Shown here: piece by piece, positions 29,587 to 39,083 of the stretch
Position numbering within the stretch: position 1 is the stretch's first letter
How the letters are laid out: every line of letters begins with the position of its first letter
IMG/VR virus record: IMGVR_UViG_3300007760_001422
Location: 67,446 to 131,445 of that record
Direction: 5' to 3' (one strand)
Length of the DNA stretch: 64,000 nt
Source: a virus
Translations under genes and position numbers: made by a program
The notes under the pieces: model-generated
What the model was told of the DNA's origin: nothing
Databases searched by the model: none
Seen by the model: the letters and a program-made list of their open reading frames with translations, nothing else

Positions 29587-30171
29587 TTATCCTATATTTA
29601 AAACTGCGTTATATCGATGACAATCGTTTTCCTCATAAAAACAAGGAATTATACTAAAATTACGTTGCCGAAGTGCTTCTTTTGAATATACAAAATGCTC
29701 TTTTCTCGTTGCTTGTGATTTTAGATCGCCTAAAAATATTGTGTCTTTTGCCAATCTCAACATCTCATCGATTACTTCATCTGCATATTTTTTATCTGGT
29801 AAATATTGTATCACCCCAAAACAAAAAACTTTATCAAAAGTCTTATCTTTAAAAGGAAGTCGATTCGCTTCAGATACCACAACACTGTGTTCTGGGTGTA
29901 AGTTCTTGTGTTTCTTTATAAGCGGCGCAGAATAATCTACTCCATGGTAATCATATTCAGAAAACTCTCTAGATAAAAATCCGGCGCCGCAACCCACTTC
30001 TAATATCTTATCTCCTTTGTTGATGCTCATTGTCTTAATAATGTCATCAACGATGTTTGCACTATTAAATTCTATTTCCAAATGTTCATAGCCATCCAGA
30101 AAAAGCAAATCATTATTGGCACTATTTCCTTTTTCATCCCAAATATTTTTCCAAAATGATTTATTGCTCAT
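29587..30171 (-). CDS. Class I SAM-dependent methyltransferase
   Basis: ILEVGCGAG, GVDYS, LPFKDKTFD. Confidence 0.9.
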   Translation of the reverse strand: MSNKSFWKNIWDEKGNSANNDLLFLDGYEHLEIEFNSANIVDDIIKTMSINKGDKILEVGCGAGFLSREFSEYDYHGVDYSAPLIKKHKNLHPEHSVVVSEANRLPFKDKTFDKVFCFGVIQYLPDKKYADEVIDEMLRLAKDTIFLGDLKSQATRKEHFVYSKEALRQRNFSIIPCFYEENDCHRYNAVLNIG

Positions 30172-31126
30172 CTAAATATTCCCAGTCATAACTGTTTCTG
30201 TATGAAGACCATGGAATATTGGTATCACTAAAGGTATCTCTTAATTCTTCAACCGACATTGACAGGCCCTGTGTATAGCCGCCAACATCAAAGCCCCACT
30301 TATTAAAAAATCCTGCATGTGCTTCAGTTTCCCATTTGTTTCCCGTGGGCCTCATAGATCTTCTCATCGGGTGTGAATGAAAAACATTTGGTACCCAAAC
30401 ATTCACTAAATTATTTTTCAACGCCATCAAGGACCAGTCCTCATCTATTAGCATTGTATAGTTTGTCCAGTCTTCGCACTGGCCGACCTTCTTCATCGAC
30501 TTTGTACTAATCAGCATTATTGCAGACATGGGCCCGTGAATCTTCACTGGGCGCGAGGGATAATCCAATAAGTGTAAGTTTTGTTTGACCATTTCGGGCG
30601 GTGCGTTCTTGAGATGGGCCATGTTGTGCAGCTGGAACATAGCGCCCCAATTATCAAAATCCAAATGATATCCAGCCCTAAACGTGTCAGTTACTAATCT
30701 TCCCTCTTCTTTATAATAATATTCACTAGTCGAAGTAATCCAGCCAATCTCGTCTTCGTGTCCCTTGATTTCATTAATTATTTTGTTAAAGTAATCATCT
30801 GTGATAAATTCCGTGTCATCATGAGTTATTAAGATCCATTCAGTCATATCTTGATATTTATCAAAAAATTCATTGTAATCTGTTGCCCATGATTTTTCTG
30901 AAACTTTAAAGTCCAATAGCTTTTCTTTTCTTAAGAATTCTTTATTATTTGGATCATTAAATATGTTAAGCGCTGCTTGTTCCATGCCGGAATCGACCGT
31001 TAAATATATTCCATAATTACAGTTAATATTCTTTTTGGCAAACGATATTAAGCTATCTTTAAGATTATCTTCTCTAACATTGGGCCCAGAACATTTCATA
31101 AAAACAATTAAATCTAATTCAGGCAT
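30161..31126 (-). CDS. GT-A fold (GT2-like) glycosyltransferase
   Basis: WILITHDDTEF (DxD-like), IDEDWSL acid-base motif, late His motif; glycan cluster context. Confidence 0.6.
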   Translation of the reverse strand: MPELDLIVFMKCSGPNVREDNLKDSLISFAKKNINCNYGIYLTVDSGMEQAALNIFNDPNNKEFLRKEKLLDFKVSEKSWATDYNEFFDKYQDMTEWILITHDDTEFITDDYFNKIINEIKGHEDEIGWITSTSEYYYKEEGRLVTDTFRAGYHLDFDNWGAMFQLHNMAHLKNAPPEMVKQNLHLLDYPSRPVKIHGPMSAIMLISTKSMKKVGQCEDWTNYTMLIDEDWSLMALKNNLVNVWVPNVFHSHPMRRSMRPTGNKWETEAHAGFFNKWGFDVGGYTQGLSMSVEELRDTFSDTNIPWSSYRNSYDWEYLDEQ

Positions 31127-31439
31127 TTTTCACCTCGCATGCACTTTTGCCAAAATATGTTTCAGCATTAATAGACTTGTCATCGATGTATAAATCATAA
31201 TGGGGTTTACCCAATTTTAATTCATGATGTTTTGCGCCCCATTTTTTTAACTGTATTGAGGTTAAATCATACCAATCGATTTTTGTTTGGCTGCCGCGGG
31301 CAGTCCAATAAACAATTACATTTCCTTCATCGTAGAGTTTGTTTATTTTTTCAATATTTTCTCTTATTGGTTGGGCCTTTTCATACTCTCCATTTGTTAA
31401 GCCGGCTATGGTGCCATCAATATCAACATAGATAATCAT
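31119..31439 (-). CDS. Small HAD-superfamily phosphatase (capsule-biosynthesis type)
   Basis: YVDIDGT (DxDxT), WTARG, GKP, YIDDK. Confidence 0.85.
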   Translation of the reverse strand: MIIYVDIDGTIAGLTNGEYEKAQPIRENIEKINKLYDEGNVIVYWTARGSQTKIDWYDLTSIQLKKWGAKHHELKLGKPHYDLYIDDKSINAETYFGKSACEVKNA

Positions 31440-31790
31440 TTAATCTCCCTTAATTATTCTATAGCTATCTGAATCAAAATGCTCGGTGGAAAACTCAAAT
31501 AATTCTGATTTTTCTAAAGCGACCATTTGATGTCTCAATCCTGTATAGACATGAAAGTTTTCGCCGGGCTTTAATACTTTTTGATTAGCTTTTGTTATAT
31601 CATCTTCATCCGAATAATAAATCATCATTTTTCCAGACTGTAAATAAAATACTTCATCCTTAATTTTGTGATAATGCCATGAGCATCTTTTGCCGCTTTC
31701 AAAAAAAAGTAACTTACCACAATATTCTGGTTTGTTAACGATCCAAAGCTCGTGGCCCCACCCCTTGGAAACAAATTTAATATCATGCAT
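31440..31790 (-). CDS. Cupin (sugar-phosphate isomerase-like)
   Basis: KGWGHE...SWHYHKIKDEVFY...RHQM...FEFST cupin metal ligands. Confidence 0.85.
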   Translation of the reverse strand: MHDIKFVSKGWGHELWIVNKPEYCGKLLFFESGKRCSWHYHKIKDEVFYLQSGKMMIYYSDEDDITKANQKVLKPGENFHVYTGLRHQMVALEKSELFEFSTEHFDSDSYRIIKGD

Positions 31791-32643
31791 TTTTTATTCT
31801 CGCTACAAGTGTATCACACTTTCCAACATCGGCCAACTGATTTTTGTATTCTACATTTAACGCGTCAGAGTCTAGATAATTGAAAACATGATGGCCGCCC
31901 GGTTTTCCCTCTTTGAGCCACAGTAAATGATTTGATAAAGGATATCTTTGGACTTGTTTTATGTAATCTGTAGAAAACCCAGCCTTTAAAAATACTTTCT
32001 GGAGCGTGTCTGCTGAATAATAAAACAAATGACACTTCCAATAATAAAAAGCTTTGTAATCCTCACAATCATATAATGTCAAAAGAGCATCATCAACATT
32101 GGGAACTTCTACTATTATTTTTCCGCTCTCTGATAAGTGCTCGCCCAAATTCTCTAGAAGAGACGCTGGGTTTTCTACATGCTCCAACACATGAAAAAGA
32201 AAAATTACATCAAACTTTTGTTTCTTATCTATTTCTTTTAAAGAAGAGAACAGCGACAATCCCTCTATCGCGCTCAACCGCTGATTTAGTCCTTTGTCTA
32301 TTTCTATAGCTGATATTGATTTTGCATATTTTTTTGCGTATTTAAGAAAGTCTCCTGTGCCGCAGCCGAAATCTAAAATATTTTTGTTTATAATATCTTT
32401 CTTAAAATCCTTTATTCTTCTTCTGTTATCTGCGATATTTATTTTAGACCATGCGCTATAATCTCTCTTAAAAGAATTTTCTAACATCTTAGAATCTTCA
32501 TAAAATCCTTTTTTTATATGTTCAAAGCTATCTAATGTCACTAATCCGCATGCGCTGCATTTTATAACAGACAAATTGTGATCATCTCTAACTCTACCGT
32601 CAACTTTTAAAAAATTAGTAGCTTTACATAAATAACAAATCAT
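31783..32643 (-). CDS. SAM-dependent methyltransferase with N-terminal Zn knuckle
   Basis: CYLC...CSACGL, LDFGCGTG, FHVLEHV, EVPN. Confidence 0.9.
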   Translation of the reverse strand: MICYLCKATNFLKVDGRVRDDHNLSVIKCSACGLVTLDSFEHIKKGFYEDSKMLENSFKRDYSAWSKINIADNRRRIKDFKKDIINKNILDFGCGTGDFLKYAKKYAKSISAIEIDKGLNQRLSAIEGLSLFSSLKEIDKKQKFDVIFLFHVLEHVENPASLLENLGEHLSESGKIIVEVPNVDDALLTLYDCEDYKAFYYWKCHLFYYSADTLQKVFLKAGFSTDYIKQVQRYPLSNHLLWLKEGKPGGHHVFNYLDSDALNVEYKNQLADVGKCDTLVARIKNA

Positions 32644-33350
32644 TTTTTTGTTCCTGTCACCAAAAGCATCTTTTCAATAGAAAATCGTATCAACTTTCTA
32701 TCTTTCGTGTTTCGATGTTCTCGATCTTTCCACTTAAGAAAATTTGGCAAAAAAGATATCAACCAAGGGATCACCCTTAACCAACGATGTCTCCAAACAA
32801 ACGGAAGCTGATAAAAATGTTCACAATCAACTTTATCAAACCCATGAATTATAAAGGCATCTCTAAGGCTCTTTCTAGAAAATGCTCTTACGTGGGTATA
32901 GTCGTCCCAAAAAACATCCATGCAACTAACCCAATCCGGAGTCATAATAACCACAACACCGCCGGGCTTAAGAACTCTGTAAACCTCGCTTATGAAATTG
33001 TCTGTATTAAAAACATGTTCAATGACTGATTTGCTAAAAATGAAATCGAATGTATTATCATCAAAAGGAATTCTTTCTTTTTCTAGATCACACGGCTTAA
33101 ATACAATGTTATCAACATGTTCATCTCTTAAATCTATTCCATGAAGATCAAACTGGGCCATTTGACGAAAACAATTAAGCCACGTTCCCGAGCTACACCC
33201 TACATCTAAAAGCTTTTGATTTGGTGTGCCATTTGAAACAAAATAATTCGTTACAATATGTTTGGCCAGCTTTTTTGGGTATGGGTTTCCCTCGTCGGGG
33301 GGATAAATTATTTTAGCGTAATTTGTCATTATAATCCTTTTATTGTCCAA
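32640..33350 (-). CDS. Class I SAM-dependent methyltransferase
   Basis: LLDVGCSSG, SKSVIEH, RVLKPGG, DDYTH. Confidence 0.9.
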   Translation of the reverse strand: MDNKRIIMTNYAKIIYPPDEGNPYPKKLAKHIVTNYFVSNGTPNQKLLDVGCSSGTWLNCFRQMAQFDLHGIDLRDEHVDNIVFKPCDLEKERIPFDDNTFDFIFSKSVIEHVFNTDNFISEVYRVLKPGGVVVIMTPDWVSCMDVFWDDYTHVRAFSRKSLRDAFIIHGFDKVDCEHFYQLPFVWRHRWLRVIPWLISFLPNFLKWKDREHRNTKDRKLIRFSIEKMLLVTGTKK

Positions 33351-34078
33351 CCGCCATCAACATATAAATCTTGGCCGGTTATAAAACTAGATGCGTTAGA
33401 TGCTAGAAATACCGCGGCTCCAACTAGATCATCTGGTGTGCCCCAGCGGCCGAGCACTGTTTTGTTTTTTCTTTGTTTGTTTTTGTTCGGATCGTTCCAG
33501 CTTTCTTTGGTCATGTCAGTTTTTATATATCCGGGTCCGATATTATTGGCTCTAATCCCATACATGCCCAAATCATTTGCTACAGATTTGGTTAATTGTT
33601 TAAGGGCACCTTTAAAAGCAACATAGGCCGGATTATCTGGAAAAGCCAACTCGGCGTTTAAACTAGTAATATTTATTATTGTGCCACTTTTTTGTTCTTT
33701 CATGCTTCTAGCAACCAACTTAATTAATTCATACGGACCCTTTAGATTAACCTCGTAGGTTTTATTCCAATATTCATCTGGATATTCCAAGAGATCGTGT
33801 CCAAAGCTCACTCCAGCATTGTTGACTAGTATATCAATCTTCTCGTATTTTTTTAAAACAAAGTTAACTAACTTTTCTAGCGACTGTTTATCGGCAACAT
33901 CACATGTAAAATAATCTTCAACTTCTCCTTTTAAGCTTTCCGCTATAACATCCACAAAAACAACATTTGCGCCCGCATTATATAAACCCTCTGCAATTGC
34001 CCTGCCGTTACCTCGTGCGGCGCCAGTAACAATTGCCGTTTTGCCCTTCAGGGAAAAAAGGCTCTCTACATAGTTCAC
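33329..34078 (-). CDS. Short-chain dehydrogenase/reductase
   Basis: TGAARGNG, NNAG, YVAFK, NNIGPGYIKT. Confidence 0.92.
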   Translation of the reverse strand: MNYVESLFSLKGKTAIVTGAARGNGRAIAEGLYNAGANVVFVDVIAESLKGEVEDYFTCDVADKQSLEKLVNFVLKKYEKIDILVNNAGVSFGHDLLEYPDEYWNKTYEVNLKGPYELIKLVARSMKEQKSGTIINITSLNAELAFPDNPAYVAFKGALKQLTKSVANDLGMYGIRANNIGPGYIKTDMTKESWNDPNKNKQRKNKTVLGRWGTPDDLVGAAVFLASNASSFITGQDLYVDGGWTIKGL

Positions 34079-34812
34079 CTAATCAAAATCCTATTTAATC
34101 TAATCTCTTCCGAAATCATTTCTGAATTGAACTTTATTATAAACTCGACATATTCTGCCACTTCTTCTGGTCGAATAAAGGTTTTAAAATCCTGTCTTGT
34201 GTCTGTAGCTCCCATGGCTGTTTGTGTGCTTCCCGGAGAAACAGAATATACACGAGTGCCGTGTTCTTTAAGTTCATGAAACAAAGATCTGCCTAGACCC
34301 AAAAGAGCATGTTTCGAAATACAATATAAACCTGTGTCACCGGATCCGCCATAAGCTGAAGAAGAGCCAATATTAATAATACGACCCCAGCCACTTTTTA
34401 TGAAGTCGGGTGCAAACTCGCGCGATAAAATAAATGGTGCCTTAACGTTAACAGCCATACATTTTTCATAATCATCAAGATCGGTTTCTAATAATGGCTT
34501 AATTGGAAATAAGCCTGCCGAATTAACAAGAATATCTAACTTGTACGTATGTCGAATTCGTTTTATTAATTCGCGAAGATCGTCTTCTTTTGTTAAATCA
34601 GCGGCCATTGAGGCGGCGGTGTGAAAATGCCATTTCTTTTTTAGCGAAAGTTCTTTTCTTAAATCATCTATTTTTTTTTCGTTACGGCCGGTTAAAAATA
34701 CATTGCACCCAGATTCAAAAAGCTGCTTGGCTATTGCAGCGCCGATCCCTCCGGAGGCGCCTGTAATTAAGGCACTTTTCCCCTTTAAGATATCACTTTT
34801 TATTACTAACAC
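34075..34812 (-). CDS. Short-chain dehydrogenase/reductase
   Basis: TGASGGIG, NSAG, YCISK, SPGSTQT. Confidence 0.92.
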   Translation of the reverse strand: MLVIKSDILKGKSALITGASGGIGAAIAKQLFESGCNVFLTGRNEKKIDDLRKELSLKKKWHFHTAASMAADLTKEDDLRELIKRIRHTYKLDILVNSAGLFPIKPLLETDLDDYEKCMAVNVKAPFILSREFAPDFIKSGWGRIINIGSSSAYGGSGDTGLYCISKHALLGLGRSLFHELKEHGTRVYSVSPGSTQTAMGATDTRQDFKTFIRPEEVAEYVEFIIKFNSEMISEEIRLNRILIR

Positions 34813-35246
34813 AACTCCTCCACAAGCTCAAGTATATTCCCCTCCGGATCTCTGCAAAATGCAATTTTCACATTACCATCTGGGGATTTTTGTACTTTGT
34901 GGAAGAATTTAATATTCTCTCTTTTTAACCTTTCATAAAGGTTGTCTAAATTTTTAACTGTTAGTGCATAATGAGACACGCCTATTTGAATAATTTGTCT
35001 ATATTGATTCTGAAGCGGGGTATCATTTCCTTTTGGAGAGTGATATTTCAGCAGTTCCACCATGCCCCCTTCTGGAAGCTTCATTTTGGTGGTTGTCACT
35101 TGAACGTTCTTAATACCAGAAAAATTATCAATCACTTCGCCACTTTCTTCCATGGTCTTTGTAATTTCGCAGCCCAGCACATTGCAATAAAAGTTTTGCA
35201 TTTTTTCCATGTCGCAAACTGTTATACCAAGATGACGAAGCCTCAC
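34806..35246 (-). CDS. VOC/glyoxalase (epimerase-like) family protein
   Basis: RHLGITV...FY..VLG, VELLKY, SHYALTV, RDPEGNILELVE. Confidence 0.9.
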   Translation of the reverse strand: MRLRHLGITVCDMEKMQNFYCNVLGCEITKTMEESGEVIDNFSGIKNVQVTTTKMKLPEGGMVELLKYHSPKGNDTPLQNQYRQIIQIGVSHYALTVKNLDNLYERLKRENIKFFHKVQKSPDGNVKIAFCRDPEGNILELVEELC

Positions 35247-36082
35247 AGCGTATCAACCTTGCGAAGCTTGCCAGCGATTTGTTTTTCCTTATCCGTCACG
35301 ACCTTTTCGCCATTACCAAGCGCAACCTCCACAGAGCGGACATATTTCACCAAACGACGCAAGCCGCCCAATTCTAGAGAGGCCGACTGATCTGATCCAT
35401 ACATAGAACGATCTAGTGTGATATGTCTTTCTAGCGAAGTTGCTCCGAGAGCAACCGCGGCGCAACTAACTACTATTCCTGTTTCATGGCCACTATAGCC
35501 TACATCACAATTAAAAACGCTCTTAAGAGTATTAATTGTTAAAAGGTTTGCATCTTCTGGACTCATAGGATACGAACTATTGCAGTGCATGATTTCGTAG
35601 GGGCAACTTGCATCTTTAAAAATATTAATTGCTTTCTCTATTTGCTGCAACGTGCTCATGCCAGTCGAAATAAATGTATGTCGTCCTTCTTGAGCAATTG
35701 CTTCCAATAATTTACGATCCGTGAGCATCGCAGATGCAACTTTGTTATATTTTAAATCGAACTGTCGTAAAAAAAATTGACTTTCAATATCCCAAGCCGA
35801 TGCGGTCCACTCAATCTTTTTTTCTCGACAATAGTTATCTATTTCTGTATAGTCGCTAGCTGAAAATTCTAGCCCTTCTTTTTGTTGTCTATTGGTCGTC
35901 CCCCATGGGCTTTCTCTGGGTCTATCTAAATCTTCTTTCGCATATACTAGGTCTAAAGTTCTTTTTTGAAACTTTACCATATCGCAGCCCGCTTCGACTG
36001 CGCCATCAATAAGTTTTTTGGCGATATCTAGATCGCCGTTATGGTTAATGCCAATTTCGGCAATTATAAATGTTTTTTTCAT
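35243..36082 (-). CDS. neuB: Nonulosonic acid (N-acetylneuraminate-type) synthase, short form without the SAF/AFL domain
   Basis: IIAEIGINHNGD, VKFQKR, ISTGMS, HCNSSYP, GYSGHE, ERHITLDR, GSDQSASLE. Confidence 0.93.
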   Translation of the reverse strand: MKKTFIIAEIGINHNGDLDIAKKLIDGAVEAGCDMVKFQKRTLDLVYAKEDLDRPRESPWGTTNRQQKEGLEFSASDYTEIDNYCREKKIEWTASAWDIESQFFLRQFDLKYNKVASAMLTDRKLLEAIAQEGRHTFISTGMSTLQQIEKAINIFKDASCPYEIMHCNSSYPMSPEDANLLTINTLKSVFNCDVGYSGHETGIVVSCAAVALGATSLERHITLDRSMYGSDQSASLELGGLRRLVKYVRSVEVALGNGEKVVTDKEKQIAGKLRKVDTL

Positions 36083-36093
36083 TTTATTTTTTT

Positions 36094-36804
36094 TCAGTGG
36101 TTTTGTAAGTATTGCAGCAAACGATGCCCTTCGGTATTTAATTGATATTTTAAATATCCAACATCATCTGGAGAGTCAATGTCCACCACGGAATCTCCTT
36201 TCATTGCATATATTTTATCACCAAAAGTGCTTCCTTTTAATACAATTTCTTTTTTTACGATATCTATATGCCCATTTGCCCTATAGGTCTCTGGAAAGTT
36301 TTGGCGAGGAAGATTACTATAATCTTTTTTACCCTTATAATCTTCAAAAAAACCTGAACAAAGTCCGTTTTTTTCTATTTTAAAGACCTTGTATGGGGTT
36401 TCATTAATTTTATTCAAGCTTCTTAGTGCCGTTATATTTTTTCTATTTTTATAATATGTTTCTATTGCGTCGTCAATATATTCTGGTTCTCTGAGGGGGG
36501 TTGTTGGTCGCATTAAGGCCACCTCGTCAGTCTCTATGTTGTCAAAAAAATGTTTTAAAAAGCCCAAATCTCTAGAATTGTCTTTCGAATATTTGGCCGG
36601 CCTAACAAACGGCACTTCGGCTCCAAACTTAAGTGATATCGATGCTATTTCTACATCTTCGGTCGACACAATGATTCTATTAATTTTCTCACTCATCTGG
36701 CAGGCTGCTATTGTATAAGCGATAAGCGGGTATCCTTTGATGTCCATTATATTTTTTCTAGGTATGCTTTTACTGCCTCCGCGCGCCGGAATAATAGCTA
36801 TCAT
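36094..36804 (-). CDS. neuA: Acylneuraminate cytidylyltransferase (CMP-NulO synthetase)
   Basis: IIPARGGSKSIPRKNI, VSTED, RPTTPLR, VDIDSPDD. Confidence 0.93.
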   Translation of the reverse strand: MIAIIPARGGSKSIPRKNIMDIKGYPLIAYTIAACQMSEKINRIIVSTEDVEIASISLKFGAEVPFVRPAKYSKDNSRDLGFLKHFFDNIETDEVALMRPTTPLREPEYIDDAIETYYKNRKNITALRSLNKINETPYKVFKIEKNGLCSGFFEDYKGKKDYSNLPRQNFPETYRANGHIDIVKKEIVLKGSTFGDKIYAMKGDSVVDIDSPDDVGYLKYQLNTEGHRLLQYLQNH

Positions 36805-37559
36805 AATTCTAATGTATTTCTATGTTCACAACCCAACAACTCACTTATATATGAGTCCAGACGTAGTTGGTGTCCGTGGTTTTTTAAAATATAATCTTTA
36901 AAATATATTTTTTGAGGCGCCTGTTTGTGCCCGGGCTCACCGATATCTTCATTCTCTAAACCTTTGTTTGTGTGGCCCGGGCGGTGGGACGTGCTTGAGT
37001 GATTTCCTTGAGCATAAAAAGAAAAGCCAGTCACCAACAACTCCTCCACATCATGCTTTAATAGCATGGTTATGGCAGTCTGGCCTGCGTTTGGTTCCGT
37101 ACCTACTTGGCCAAATATTTCTCTATAATTATGAAGTCCGATCCAGTGGAAAGGTATATTAAATATATTAATTTTATTAAAATTCGCAACAACCGGACTA
37201 ACAATGTGGGCTGGCCAGCCTTGCCAATTATCTGGCCCTGTAGCTTTCACACATGGACAAATAACATACTTTAAATATTTAGAGATAATTGACTTTTCTA
37301 ATAATCTTTGCGCAAAAACATCAATAAACCTTGTTCCGCAATTATGAAATACTATATCTGTTTTGTTGCCATAGTCTTCTTCATAGCCTGTTGGGTGCAC
37401 TTCATTGACCCTACAAACTAAATCATATGAATCAATCTCTTTACCAGCGCCCGTGCCAATCAAGTGCGGAGAGGGGCCCACTATTGCAACCCTTTTTCCT
37501 TTTAACAGGTTTAATAATTTTTCATCTTTTTGATATTGCATCATTAATTTTTTTAACAC
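36801..37559 (-). CDS. GT29-like (eukaryote-type) sialyltransferase
   Basis: KRVAIVGPSPHLIGTGAGKEIDSYDLVCRVN...YEEDYGNKT resembles sialylmotif L. PNAGQTAITMLL...ELLVTGFSFY resembles sialylmotif S. A late His (PGH) resembles motif VS. Adjacent to neuA/neuB. Confidence 0.72.
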   Translation of the reverse strand: MLKKLMMQYQKDEKLLNLLKGKRVAIVGPSPHLIGTGAGKEIDSYDLVCRVNEVHPTGYEEDYGNKTDIVFHNCGTRFIDVFAQRLLEKSIISKYLKYVICPCVKATGPDNWQGWPAHIVSPVVANFNKINIFNIPFHWIGLHNYREIFGQVGTEPNAGQTAITMLLKHDVEELLVTGFSFYAQGNHSSTSHRPGHTNKGLENEDIGEPGHKQAPQKIYFKDYILKNHGHQLRLDSYISELLGCEHRNTLEL

Positions 37560-38394
37560 CTTCAGTTAAAGGTGTTTTCGGCTCCCAGTGTTTTAAAATA
37601 TAGGTGCTAGGTTCATATTTGAGATTCAACTGAACCGTGTCTTTTAAGTTTCCTTTTGTATATTGGCAATTGTATAATTCTGATATTACTTTAGCAACAT
37701 TTTCGATTGTTTCCCACTTAAAGCTTGAAATATGTATTTCTTCCTTCCTAGAGATACTATCATAATTTTTACTCAATTTATATAACGCTTCACAGCAATC
37801 TTCTACATATAAAAACTGTCGTGATTCTTGCCCAGAAGTAAGCATATTTATTGTACCATCGTATTTTGCCATATTAATGAAATCTGTTATTACATGTGCC
37901 CTGTCTTCTTCTACATTCATTTCGGGACCATAAACATTCCATAATTTAACATATAGTCCATTTAATGCTGCAGTATATTTTTCTCCAATTAATTTTGCAT
38001 TTCCATAGCTAGAGTGGGTCATGTCCGACATCTGTGTTGAAGTAAAAATAAATGGTTTATTATACTCTTTAATAAATTTAAATGTATTTGCTAATAATTT
38101 AACATTGTTGTTGACAAAATCAAACGTATTTTCTTTTTCCTTAAGATATTTACTTCCTCCAACATCAAAAGCTAAAAAAAACACAAAGTCTGATTGTTTT
38201 AACTTTTCTAGGAAATGCTTTTGTATTGTTTTGCAACTTTCAAGTTTTCTTAAGTCTTCTGCTGGTGTTCTTTTTAAATCATATTCTTCTACTTCGTGGC
38301 CCTCTTTTGTTAGAAATTCAACCAGAGGTGCGCCAATTTGGCCCTCGGAGCCTAAAACTAAATATTTCATTAACAGCCTTCTCCTTCTGGCCAT
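37522..38394 (-). CDS. NAD-dependent sugar epimerase/dehydratase
   Basis: LVLGSEGQIG, YGNAK, WNVYGP, RQFLYVED. Likely true start is ATG at 38370. Confidence 0.85.
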   Translation of the reverse strand: MARRRRLLMKYLVLGSEGQIGAPLVEFLTKEGHEVEEYDLKRTPAEDLRKLESCKTIQKHFLEKLKQSDFVFFLAFDVGGSKYLKEKENTFDFVNNNVKLLANTFKFIKEYNKPFIFTSTQMSDMTHSSYGNAKLIGEKYTAALNGLYVKLWNVYGPEMNVEEDRAHVITDFINMAKYDGTINMLTSGQESRQFLYVEDCCEALYKLSKNYDSISRKEEIHISSFKWETIENVAKVISELYNCQYTKGNLKDTVQLNLKYEPSTYILKHWEPKTPLTEGVKKINDAISKR

Positions 38395-39083
38395 GTCGAC
38401 GGATCTTCATTAATGTGCATGTCTTCTCTAATGCCGCCATGGCGAATTCTAGTAAATCTTATGGGGACTTTTTTAACTTTAACGCCTTGTGACTTGAGGT
38501 GTACATAAAGAGTTGATTCTGCATGTATTGTGAAGCCCTGAAGAGAATATCTCCTAATATAGTCCAATTCGCTCAAATATATATTCATATTGTTTCTATT
38601 ACCTACAGCGAATCTATCATTATAGCCGTTTCCCTGCACAATACTCCAGCAATGAAAGTCTGGTATATATAAATAATTTAAATCATAACTGTCAAAATCT
38701 TCCGGTAAAGATCGAAAGTATTCTACATCTAGGCGAGATCTTATTATTCTGTCATATTGAAAGTTGTTTTCTTTTTCATGTTGTGTCCTCATTTCGTTGC
38801 ATTTTTTCATGCCGCGCAGCATTTGCATATAACCTTGTAAACCTCCGCGTTCAATGGCTTGCTGGTGAGTTATGTCGCTTTCATCAACGTGAACATCGGG
38901 CTCTACCCTTAAATCCGTGGCGACTTTTGACATGTATTTTTCTGCTTTAAAGGAATCGTCGTTTTCTGAAATGTACATAAATATATCGCACTCCCCTAGG
39001 GGTTCTAATAAATATTTTTTGATATTTTCATGAGTGTGTTCTAATGACCTACACTGCCCCGTAAAACAAACGGCCGTCCTCAT
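38370..39083 (-). CDS. Uncharacterised glycan-cluster protein (putative glycosyltransferase-like)
   Basis: AVCFTGQCR...YDRIIRSRLD...NDRFAVG...HAE pattern, which I recognise from polysaccharide clusters and large DNA viruses. Confidence 0.55.
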   Translation of the reverse strand: MRTAVCFTGQCRSLEHTHENIKKYLLEPLGECDIFMYISENDDSFKAEKYMSKVATDLRVEPDVHVDESDITHQQAIERGGLQGYMQMLRGMKKCNEMRTQHEKENNFQYDRIIRSRLDVEYFRSLPEDFDSYDLNYLYIPDFHCWSIVQGNGYNDRFAVGNRNNMNIYLSELDYIRRYSLQGFTIHAESTLYVHLKSQGVKVKKVPIRFTRIRHGGIREDMHINEDPSTWPEGEGC

